Shown here: positions 21,493 through 33,400 of the stretch, in pieces
Numbering within the stretch: the first letter of the stretch is position 1
Layout: each line of letters opens with the position of its first letter
Assembly: GCA_001600695.1 (NCBI GenBank)
Contig: BCKQ01000013.1
Coordinates: 126,045 to 190,044 of the forward strand
Length of the DNA: 64,000 bases
Source of the DNA: Ascoidea asiatica JCM 7603
Taxonomy: Eukaryota; Fungi; Ascomycota
Direction: 5' to 3'
Translations under genes and position numbers: made by a program
The notes under the pieces: model-generated
Database searches by the model: none
Told to the model about the DNA's origin: nothing
The model's input: only the letters and a program-made list of their open reading frames with translations

Positions 21493-23790
21493 TTAAAAAG
21501 TAATTTAAATTATAATTCTAATAATCCATCTATTTCTAATAATTCAAATAATATTGAACCACCAAAATCTCCAATATTAAATAATGATAAAGAAATTTTA
21601 ATTAAAGTTTCTTCATGTTTTGATGCAACTGGTAATGAAAATGTTGGTAATTCTCTTGATAAATTATATATACTTGATATTAATAATAATTTAATTGATT
21701 TATCACTTGTTTCTCAAGGTAATAATGAAATTAGTTCAAAACCAATAGTTTTAAAATCAATTTTAAAATCTGTACCTTTAACAATTTTTACAAAAATTAA
21801 AAATTTAAATACAAATCATTTAAAATATTTACAAAAATTTTATGATGAAGTTAGTATAAAATATTTTCCATTAGCAATTTCAAAAAGTTATTTAAATCCA
21901 AAATTATTCTTAGAAAATAAATTAGATGATTATAATAAATTATTATCTTTATCAAATTCTGATTTAAATTCTGATTTAAATTCAAGTGATAATGAATACA
22001 ATGAAAATAATTCTTTAGAATATTCAATAAATGAAAAAAAAAAAATTGAAGAAGAAAATTTATTTAAAGAACAAAATCCAATAAGAGATTTACTTTTAAT
22101 TCAAGCAAAAAATTGTCCATATTTATTAAGTTCACTTTTAGCAATTACTGCAAGATTAGAATTTTTAAAAACAAATGATATGAGAGATGAATTATATAGA
22201 AAAAATTATTTAGCAACATGTTTAAAAACTTTAAATGATAATTTTAAAGTTCAAAGTTCAAGAAATTCAATAAATAGTGGACATTCAAATTTTGATGATA
22301 AAGAAATTGAATTTAATTTAAAAAAAGAAAATGATAATTCAATTAATATAACAACTTTAAAAGAAGAAAATAATGAAAATGATAAAAATGATAAAGATAA
22401 TAAAATTAATAAAAATAATAAAAATAATAATGAAGATAAAGAACAAGAAAGAGCTAGAAAAACTTTAGGTACAATAACTATGAAAGGAATGACAAATGAA
22501 TCTTCAAAACTTAAAATGATAAGAAATATTGATTCATTAATTGTAACAGCATTAATGTTAACAATAGATTCAACAATTGTTCAATATAATGGAGCTTGGA
22601 GAAATTATTTAAGAAATGCAATGAGTTTATTAGTTAATTATTTAAAATATTTTAATAGTAAAGCATCAAAGAAAAATAAAAGATTATCACCAATGTTAAC
22701 ATTTGCAAAATTAATGTTTACATCAGTTGAAACATTAGCATATTTAACAAATGATTCAGATGAACAATCAATAACATCATCATCAACAATTGATTTACTT
22801 TTAAATTCATTTAATGATCTTGAAAAAGAAAATGATGATAATAAAGATTTTAAAAATAATATTTTTGAAAATAAAACATATGGTAAAACAGAATTATTAT
22901 ATTTAAAAAAAATGGGATTAATATCATTAGATGGATATAATATTTTTCTTGGATATTCAAATGATATATTATTATTATTTAAACAAATTTTAATGATAAT
23001 TAAATTAAGATCAAAAAATAATTTAAAAAATTTATATGATCAAACAGATATGGTACTTCATTTAATAAAATTATTAAAAAAAGCCAAAAATTATTATTTT
23101 GCATCAAAAAATATAATTATTGAAGAAAATAATGAATTTCATCCATTTTATAATAATAATAATAATGATAATAATAATGATAATAATAATGATAATGATG
23201 AAAAGAAAATGGAAATTAAAATTCCAATATCATGTTATGGATTTGGTAATAATAAAATTGGAAAATTTTTATATTCATGGTATGATCTTTCACATCAATT
23301 ACATGTAAATGCTGCAACTATAAAAATATATAAATTAAAAGGATTTTTTGGAATTCCAACAAATAATCCATTAATTCAAGAAGTTGTTTATAAATCTATA
23401 AAATTATTATTTTTTTTAGAAATTGAAAATGAAATTGAAAATGAAATTGAAGATGAAAATGAAAAAGAACTAAAATTTTCAATATCGAAAGAACATAAAA
23501 ATAAAATTTTTAAAAAAATTTGTAATGATTATAGATTAACAATGATTCATTGGCCATTAATAATAATTGGATTAAATTGTATAAAAGAAAGAGATCAAAA
23601 GATTATTGAATTTTTTTTTGAATGTTTAATTGAAATGGGAGTTGGTAGTTCAGAATCTTCAATAAAAAAATTAAAAAAAGTTTGGAAAGTTTATAATGAT
23701 AATAAATTAGGTGATATAAATTTGAATGAAAAAGAAGAAAATATTGAAAAAGAAGTTAGTGGTGAATTTGATTTTATACCATTTTTTTAA
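19471..23790 (+). CDS. Zn(II)2Cys6 transcription factor, Lys14 family
   Basis: KRQYSRDGCKECKRRKLKCDEGKPDCWQCKHLNKKC closely resembles the Lys14 zinc cluster. Also has a C-terminal fungal TF domain (IHWPLIIIG) ending DFIPFF. The exact paralog is uncertain. Confidence 0.85.
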
Positions 23791-24840
23791 AATTATTTAT
23801 TTTAGTTTTAGTCATTGTACATTTTATTTTATTTTATTTTATTTTATTTTATTTTTTTAAGAAACATTAGATTTTTTTTATTTCTTGTTATTGTTATTGT
23901 TATTTTCTTTTATTCTATTATTGTTTTATTGTTAATTTATTTATTCTTTTATTGTTATTGTTATTGTTATTGTTATATTGTTATATTGTTATTTTTTTAT
24001 ATAATTCTCTCATTACTTCTTAGTTATTATTAAATCTTTTTCATTCTATTATTTTCATAATCAATTATCTCCACTTTTTAAATTATTAAAAGACTTAAAT
24101 AATTTTTTTTTTTTCCTTTTATTCGAGATTGTAATTTATTAATTTCTTATTGTTGATTCTTATTAAATTTTGAGGTTTTTTACCCAATTCGGACAAATGA
24201 AATTTTCAAATTTCAAATATGTACGTGGGTGTGTTGTAATGTAGTCCCAGAGTTGTGGTCTCTGATCAAATTCAATTTATTAATTGTTGATAAAAATTAA
24301 AAAAAATTAAAAAAAAATTACAAAAAAACAATTAACGTTTTTTTTTCAGGGGTCTGAGATTTCACCTCGGAGGTTTGACGCCGGATAAACCCCGGTTAAA
24401 TTTAAAAGACTTAAAGAATTTATACCCGAGTAATAACAGTAACATGTGTAATGAATATGATGAATATCCGAGTCATGGAGTAAGATATAATAGAATTATA
24501 ATAATCTGAGTTAAGAATTAGTATGTAAGATATGAATATTTAAAATAGGTTAAATGAAAGTTTGAAACCGTTATAAATAACCATATAAGGTTACAATTTA
24601 ATATTTAATAATTTATTGAAAAAATTGACTTTGAATTGGAATTGAAATTAAAATTAAAATTAAAAATTAAATGGTAATCAAATAATAATAGTTTGATAAT
24701 TTAATGGTATTTAATATTTTTAAACGCTCCGTCGACATTTTTCAAATTTAAATATCAGATCAAATTTAAAGTAAGTAATTATTTAGACTCTAGATTTAAA
24801 TTTGAATTTTGACTCTAAAGTAAAGTAATTCATGAAAATA

Positions 24841-24924
24841 TGAATATGAATATGAATATGAATATGAATATGAATATGAATATGAATATGAATATGAATA
24901 TGAATATGAATATGAATATGAATA
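24841..24924. repeat. (TGAATA)14 microsatellite
   Basis: Perfect hexamer run. Confidence 0.95.
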
Positions 24925-25408
24925 TAAAATTGACTCAATTTATATGATTTACTTTTCATTTATTAGTTTATATCCTTTAGATTTAATTCTAGTATTTTAA
25001 ACATGTTTTATTAATTCAGATTCTTCAACAACTACTTCTGAAGGTTTTGAATCAGTGATTAAAAGCACAGGCAAAGCACAGGCAAAGCACAGGCAAATAG
25101 TGCCGGCGACGAGCTACAAGCCTGGAGCCAGGGAAACCGGCCACAGAAAAGGACAATCGAGGCCAGAGAAAGAGGTGTTGTTGAAGCTGAGAGGCCGTGG
25201 AAAGAGGCAGCCGCCGTGGTTGGCACGACGAGAGACCAGCGAAGTGAGCCTCTGGCCGGTGCAGACTATCTGCCTGTGCGCTGCTCTTCCGGACGAGCTC
25301 TGTCCCGGTCCCAGCAGAGACTCGCTGCCTATGAACTTGCCCACAATCCACCAGCACACAACAACAACAGGACTGCTCTGCTCTGCTCTGCTCTACTCTT
25401 ACCACAGG

Positions 25409-25445
<37 letters not shown>

Positions 25446-25520
25446 GCTGCTCTTACTACTCTTACAACACTACTACCACTACTACAACACTACTACTACC
25501 ACCACCACTTTATTACTACG
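25409..25520. repeat. (TAC)n/(CAC)n compound microsatellite
   Basis: Direct reading. Confidence 0.85.
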
Positions 25521-26469
25521 AAATGTGAGGATTGGCATTGTTACACTCTTATTTGTACTGTACGTAATGTAATAATAATCACTACTACTTACTTACTAAC
25601 TACTAACTACTTACCTACTTAATAAATCACTCTTTATTTTCTATTTTCCCTAATCTTTTTTTGATCTTTTACTCTATAAATAAAAGCCAACATTTTTTAT
25701 ATTCTTAGATTTATTATCTTTAATAATCTTTTCTACTTTCATTAAATATTTAATTTAATTCAATTTATTTATTCATATTCATCTTCATCTTCATTTTAAT
25801 CCTTGCCTTCTCATCTATTCATTTTGTCATTTTATCATTTATCATTTTATCATTGAAATAATTTTTCAATATATTCAAAAATTTAATCTCTTTTCACCTT
25901 TTTTCTTTTTTTTTTTTTCAATTGTTAATTATTTTGTATTTTAGTTACTCATTTTGTATTGTATAATCATTTTTATTTTTTCTTATTATTTTCTTTCTTT
26001 CTTTTTAAATCAATTTATTATCAAATCTATCAAATCTATTAACAAATCAAATTCAAATTCAAAATCAAAATCAAAATCAGAATCAAGATTAGTATTATTA
26101 TAAATATTTGTAATAAAATTAAGATTTGAAATAATTTTAAAAAATTTTATAAAGAAAAAGAACAACAAATCATATAATTGTTTAATAAAATCAATTTGAA
26201 TCAAAATAATTCATAATTTATAATATCATATACTTTATAATCAATTAATAAAGACTTTAATCAATTTATCAATTTATTTCTTCTATTGTATATTTATATA
26301 TCAATTCAAATCACATCATATCATATTATCATATTAATTATATTCACCGTTAATATATTTCATATACTTTATAAATATCTTAACACCAATATTCATAGTA
26401 ATATTCATATTAATATTCATAGTAATATTAATGATCTGATATTATAATTATATATAAATATAATTAAAG

Positions 26470-26917
26470 ATGCAAACAACTCAATTATCTTCAGTTTCTT
26501 CTTCAATCATGAAAGATTCAAATTTCTCATCTTATTTCAATTCATCCAATAATAATAATAATGATTGTACTGTTTCTCCTATTGATAATTCAATATCTAA
26601 TTCAAATCAAGATTCAATCTCATTATCAGTTTCAGCGTCAATTAATAATTCAATTACCAATTCAAACTCAAATTCAAATTCAAATTCAAATTCATTTTTA
26701 TTAAATGATAATAATACAAATAATTCATCTTCCATCAATACAAATACAAATACCAACACAAATAACAATTCAAATGCTTTAAATATTGATATTGCTTTAA
26801 GTTCTTTAGATCTTGATTGTAATGATGATTCAATGAATTCTTCAAATGATCAATTAAATTCAAATTCAAGAAATTCTTCAAATTTATATTCTTCCTCAAT
26901 ATATCAAAATAATAATA

Positions 26918-26948
<31 letters not shown>

Positions 26949-29900
26949 CAATAATAATAATCATATTTTACCTTTTAATTTATCTAATCAAAATATTAAT
27001 CATATCAATAATCAAATGAATAATCAAATAAATCAATTTCAATATCAAAATATTAATCAAAATATTAATCAAAATAAATTATCTTTAACAACAAGAAATA
27101 TTCCAATAATTAGAAATTCAAATTCAATTTCCATTTCAAATTCAAATTCAAATTCAAATTCTTCTACTTCAAATAATAACATCAATAACATCAATAACAA
27201 TAATAACAACAATAATAATAATAACTTTATACCAAATCATGGTCATTCTTGGTCTATAAGTTCTTTTCCATTACCTAAATCTTCTTCTCCATTTCAACCA
27301 AATTCAACTTCTAATTTAAATCCTTTATCTAATTTATCTTCAAATAGATCCATTCAACAACAACAACAACCACCAAAACTTCCTCAACAACAACCTCAAC
27401 AAAATATAATTTTATCTGATAATTTAAATATAAATGAAAATTATGATTATCAAAATATTTCAAATTCCACTTCTTCAAGATCTTCTTCAAATCCTTTGGA
27501 TAATAATGATTTAATTAATGATAATGGTATAAGAATTAGTCCTCAATCTTATAAAGAAAGAAGACAAACTTTTCATAATTATAATAATAGTATGTCTTCT
27601 GGTTTTTTACAACTTAGAAATAATAATAATAATATCAATAATATCAATAATATTAATAATATTAATAATATTAATAATATTAATGGTTTAAATTTTAATA
27701 ATTTTAATATTAATGATACAATTATTGATAGTCCTGCAAATTCAACTAATGATTCATTTCCAATGAGTGCAAATTCAAATCAATTATTAACTACAATAAG
27801 TAGTTCTGTATCTCCATATATTCCTTCTCCAATGTCTTTTAATCAAAATTCTTTTCAACAATCAAATTCAAATCAATCTCAAAATACAATTCAAAATCCA
27901 ATTCAAAATCCTATTCAATCTCAATCTCAATCTCAAAATACTATTCAAAATCAAAACTCTAATGAACAATCTAATTCAAATAATTATTATCCTAATATAA
28001 ATAATGATTATAATTCTCCAAATTCATTCACTCCATCTCAACAAATCTCAAATAATCAATTTAATTCTAATGATAAATTTCCTCTTTATCAAGGTCATTC
28101 TCATAATCTTACTTTAAGTGTTGTACAAAATGTGAATAATTCTAATGTTTTTCAAGGTAATAATCTCAATAATAATAACAATAATGCCAACAATAACAAT
28201 AACAATAACAATAACAATAACAATAATGCCAACAATAACAATAACAATAACAATAACAATAACAATAATAATAATAATAATAATTCTAATATTATGAATA
28301 CTACTACAAACACCAATACCACTACTACTGTTAATAATAATAACAATAATAATGGTGTTCAAAATTTATCTTCTACTGGTAATCAACTTTGGAATCAATC
28401 AAATAGAAGTTATGATACAATTGAACATAGTCGTCGTGCTTCTTTAAATTTACCTATTAATTTTAATAAATTTTCTCAATCTATTAATAATAACTTTAAT
28501 ATCAATGGAAATAATAATATTAATAATAATATTAATAATAATAATGTTAATACTAATTCAAATATTAATGATTTTCCAGGTAATAGAAATTCAATTGGTA
28601 GTTCTTTACAACCATTAAATATTAATCCAATTAATAATTTTTCATTTACTTCTATTGGAACTCCAACAAATAATTTGAATAATAATCGTCCATTTTCTGG
28701 AATTTCAAATATTGGAATTAATGAATTAGAAAATAATAATAATATTAATAATTCTAATAATGGTTCAATGCATATGAGTTCTTCTTCTGGAAATTTTAAT
28801 TTTCCTGGTTCAGAAAATAATATTTATAAAAATTTAAATAATGGTAATAGAAATTTAAATAATAATATTCAAAATAATTCTCCAAATCCAAATTCTAATA
28901 ATTTTTCAGGAAATTTAAATGATAATTTTCGTGGAAATTATAATGGAAATTTTGCAAATGAATTTATTAATTCTAATCGTATTTCAAGAAATTTTAGTAG
29001 TCCAGCTCCTTCACATTCTCCTAGTTTTTCTTCTGGAGGTCAAAATTTTCCTAATGTACTTCAAGCATCAAATACAAATGTTTTAAATTCTTCATTAAAT
29101 AATCCAAATATTAATAATAATATTGGAATAAGAAAATTTAGTAATAATTCTACAACTTCCATTACTAATCGTAAAAGGGGTGAAGATGCTTCTAAATTTC
29201 TTAATGCTAGAATTGAAGACTTTAAAGGTCAAATTTATTCATTATGTAAAGATCAACATGGTTGTAGATTTCTTCAAAAACAACTTGATTTATCTGAAGA
29301 AGAAATTAGTAAATTAGAAAAAAATTCTGAAAATAAAGAGAATATTGAAGGTGATGGTAAAGCAAAGTCAGAACCTTCTGGATCTCCTTTAGTAGCTTCA
29401 AAATATGAAAATCATGCAGCTTCAATGATTTTTGAAGAAATATGTAATAATGTTGTTGAATTAATGACTGATCCTTTCGGAAATTATTTAGTTCAAAAGT
29501 TATTAGAAAAAATTACTATTCAACAAAGAATTGTTTTAATAAAAAATGCATCTAAGCATTTTATTACTATTGCTCTTGATCCTCATGGAACAAGAGCACT
29601 TCAAAAACTTATTGAAGTTATTTCAACTCAAGAAGAAAATTCAATTATTATTAGTTCTTTTGAGAAAAATATTGTTAGCTTATCTAGAGATTTAAATGGT
29701 AATCATGTTGTACAAAAGATTTTAACAAAATTCAATGCTAGACCTGAGAATATTCAATTTATTTTTGATGCTGCATGTCAAAATTGTATTAAAATTTCTA
29801 CTCATAGACATGGTTGTTGTGTTTTACAAAGATGTTTAGATTATGGATCTCAAGCACAATGTAAACAATTATCAATGGTTATTGCTAAAAATTCTCTTAA

Positions 29901-30354
29901 TTTATCTGTTGATCCATTTGGAAACTATGTTGTTCAATATGTTCTTAGTAAAGGTGATGATGAATCTATTTCATTGATTGTTGATTCAATCTTAAGTAAA
30001 CTTTTACAATTATCTACTCATAAATTTGGATCTAATGTAATTGAAAAGACTTTAAGAACTGAAAGTTTGGCTCCACTTTTAATTGATAGAATTTTGAGTG
30101 AATCTTATAAATGTATTTCTAATTATGGTAAGGGTATTACTGGAACTGCAGAAAACAATGGATTTTTAACTAAACTTTTACATGATCCATATGGAAATTA
30201 TGTTTTACAAACAAGTTTAGATGTAGCTAAAAAGCTGGATCAATTTAATAAACTTGGTGAACTTTTAAGACCATTATTACCAGCTGTTAAAAATACTCCA
30301 CATGGAAGAAGAATTAGCGCTCGTATTCAACAAGTTACTCAACTTGATAATTAA
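26470..30354 (+). CDS. PUF4: Pumilio-family mRNA-binding protein with ~900-aa Asn/Ser/Gln-rich N-terminus
   Basis: Eight PUF repeats: SLCKDQHGCRFLQK, MTDPFGNYLVQK, DPHGTRALQK, DLNGNHVVQK, THRHGCCVLQR, DPFGNYVVQY, THKFGSNVIEK, DPYGNYVLQT. Confidence 0.92.
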
Positions 30355-32422
30355 AGTTGATTATTTTTAAAGATTTAATATTTCCATCAAATTTTTGATA
30401 TTTATTGACAATTAAATTTAATTTTTTTTCATTTTTTTTTTTATTTCAATTTTTACTAATGTATTCAAATAAGAATTTATCATTTTTTATCACTAGCATT
30501 CTTATTAATTTATCTATTACTATTAATCTTGAATGATTTTTTTTTTGTTTAATTTTTGATTTTGTTGGTCATTCAATATCATACTTGTGTATATTAAGAT
30601 GCTCTCACTTATGTCATTTTCATTCTATCTATTGTCTTGTTTTTTTGGATTTTAGGGATTTGATCTCTTGTTTAAATTTTTATTCATATACATTAACTCT
30701 CTCTTCATAACTATGATGGTTCTTAATCTCATATTTTTCTTCATATTATTTTACTATATATTATTTTTGAATTTGAATTTTTTATATTTTATTTTTGAAA
30801 TTTTTTTTATGAATGTCTCAATATTATCTTTAGTATACATTACATTATTTAACACTTCTAATAAAATACGTTTTCATTATTTTTTATTTATTGACTTCTA
30901 TTTCAAATAATGCTTTTGTTTCAGTCCAGGGGAAGTTAAAATTCATTTTTCTATCGGATTGAAAATTTAGAACTCCAATAAGCTGGTCAAGTTCGTACAT
31001 CTAATCAGCTTATTAAAAAGCTTTCCTTTACATATTGTAATTTACCATATTTTCTGAAATTTAGATCATTCCTAAATTATGTGATTAAATGCATATATTA
31101 TAACGCACAAGCATGATTTGAAAAAAAAGCTTATTTAAAGTTTGTTTTAGTAAGATTTATACTGGACCCATGGAACTGGATTTCACGATCTGGTTTTGTG
31201 TTTCATCAAAAAAACCTGGGGTTGCTTAATCTGTTAATAATCTCTACTATTGTATGTGTAGAAGTTACTGAATAAACTTGATTGGCAAGAAAACTGTTAA
31301 ATTGTAATCTAGGAATATTGATTTAAGCTGCTTGGCTTTGTTGATAAGAAATCTCAGTAATGTCCTAGATAGGGAAACGTGATTATTTTCTGAAAGGCAT
31401 TTAGGCTCTGATAAGACTATTGAAGAACCTTGCAAGTTAAAGGTCTGGATAAGAGAAATATATATGAATTTTTTAAAACTCTTATCAATATGCACTTACT
31501 TACAGTTTTGAAAAATTCATATTTATCGTAGATAATCAATAGTTTTTTCTTTATTTATTTGACAGGAGGATAATTAATCTTCTTTGGTAAGCGAAAGAAG
31601 GTCAAATATACTTCTGACATGCAATTACCACTATAGGTTTATGATTAAATAATATTATTATTTGCTTAGTTCCAAAAATAATTCAACATAGCGTTAGAAT
31701 AATGTAAATAATCTGGAGAATTAATAGAAGACAGTAAAACTGTTGTTTTCAGTTTGATATGAATGTGTACCCAGTACAAATTAACATAGCTTACAAAAGA
31801 TCTATTATCTCAGTGGACTACGCAGTATTTCTATTAATCAAATCTTTTAAACAAAAAGGCTTTATGTTGTAGCATTATTGGATACTGAATATTGCCACAA
31901 TTATGGAATACAGTAATAATAAATACAATTCTCTTTATAACCTCTTTGAAAGTAGTGAAATTCATCCTCCAGATATACTCTTTATATTACTCTTTTAGGC
32001 AAATAAATGCCACGGCTCTGAAGGAAACTGCTTTTTTTCTCCCGCTTCAGCCAAAACACATACAAAACAGCGGGATCGCATCTGCCATAGAGAAAACATG
32101 GGTGTAAAATCAATAAAAAAAATAATCTGAATAAAATATACTTCTTTTGCAGTATTTTATATTATTTAGGTATCCATTTGGTTATTATTCTGTTATGACT
32201 GAGTATTTAAATTCACACACACCTGGAAATCTGGCAAAGACATTCTATATTCAACTTTGCGAAAATAATAGACTTCATTAATGAATTTTTGATTTTTTGA
32301 GGGGTAGATAAATCATGGAACAATTCCTCTTAATTTTTCAAATGTTTTAAAAATTACGTTATCAAAATAAAAACATTAAAAAAAAAAAGATTCAGTTTAT
32401 GAATTATTAGGTACTTTCAATT

Positions 32423-33400
32423 ATGTGCCAGAATTTCAATTTATATCAACAACTGGAGTGCAAAGGTCAGAGTTTGATAAATCTTCAATTAAATCAATCT
32501 TCATATTCTTCATATATTTCAACATTTGATCCTCAAAAACACTTAACTTTTGTCATAGTAAATGATAAATTAATCATTAAAAATGGTAAAAAAGAATCTT
32601 TATTTAGGTGTTTAGGAAGCTTCAATTATTTCAAACTTTTTAGCAACTCTGGTTGTAAAATAATATATTCTGAGATATTATCATATTTAACAACTAATAT
32701 ATCTGCAAATACAATACCAATTTCATCAATAAATTTACCTTTTATTTATAATGCATTAAAATGTCCAAAATTGATTGAGAATATAAATACTATTATAGGA
32801 TTATCTTTAAAAATAAATATTAAAAGTTCTTTTGTATTTTATGGTAATAGAAATTTTTCAAATAAAAATCCTATCCTTAGTTTCATAGATTCAAATAATT
32901 CTCCATATCATTATGCATGTTTAATAAAAATAGATAATTTAAATTCAAATATAATGCCAAAAGGATTTTCAGTGATTCTAAAAGGCAGAATTGTTCAACT
33001 TTCTTCTTTTTTCAATACTAATAATAATAATACTAGTCATCACCATAGCTTTGATAATGAAGCATTCATTGTTCTTTCTTTAACACCAGAAAATATTTTA
33101 AATTATGAAGATAAGCTTTTTATGAAAAGATTACTTTCTCAAAAACAGATTAATAATGCTGGCCAAATTAATTCTAGTTGTTTGTCAATTCAATCTTCTT
33201 ATAAAAATATTGATTCCATAAATATTCAAAAATCTATTGGAGAAGATAAAACTTTTAATAATTATGCAAATTGGTTAAATGATTTTTATAATAAAGATCA
33301 AGTAATCAAAAAACATCAACTTTCAATTCCTTCATATACCTCAATTAAAAAACCTAAACATAAAAAACAATTAGGAATTCCTGATTTAAAAAGTTTATAA
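32423..33400 (+). CDS. Hypothetical protein (325 aa), no recognised family
   Basis: 978-nt ATG-initiated open frame in AT-rich DNA where stops are frequent, with host-like A/T-ending codons. No motif recognised. Confidence 0.6.
   Translation: MCQNFNLYQQLECKGQSLINLQLNQSSYSSYISTFDPQKHLTFVIVNDKLIIKNGKKESLFRCLGSFNYFKLFSNSGCKIIYSEILSYLTTNISANTIPISSINLPFIYNALKCPKLIENINTIIGLSLKINIKSSFVFYGNRNFSNKNPILSFIDSNNSPYHYACLIKIDNLNSNIMPKGFSVILKGRIVQLSSFFNTNNNNTSHHHSFDNEAFIVLSLTPENILNYEDKLFMKRLLSQKQINNAGQINSSCLSIQSSYKNIDSINIQKSIGEDKTFNNYANWLNDFYNKDQVIKKHQLSIPSYTSIKKPKHKKQLGIPDLKSL

Noticed and set aside
24457-24509. ATGATGA...CTGA, possible C/D snoRNA
   Set aside because: It is only ~53 nt, with no terminal stem and no recognisable rRNA-complementary guide.
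25052-25572. Four overlapping ORFs (81-157 aa), including a poly-Tyr ATG frame at 25331-25528
   Set aside because: They arise from stop-poor GC island DNA plus (TAC)n/(CTCTG)n microsatellites, with atypical codon use and no domain. A uORF role cannot be excluded without TSS data.
25560-25708. GTACGT...TACTAAC x2...TAG, possible PUF4 5'-UTR intron
   Set aside because: The TACTAAC copies are embedded in (TAC/TAAC) microsatellite and the branch-to-AG distance is ~100 nt. A TATA-like element inside the interval suggests transcription starts downstream. RNA evidence would be needed.
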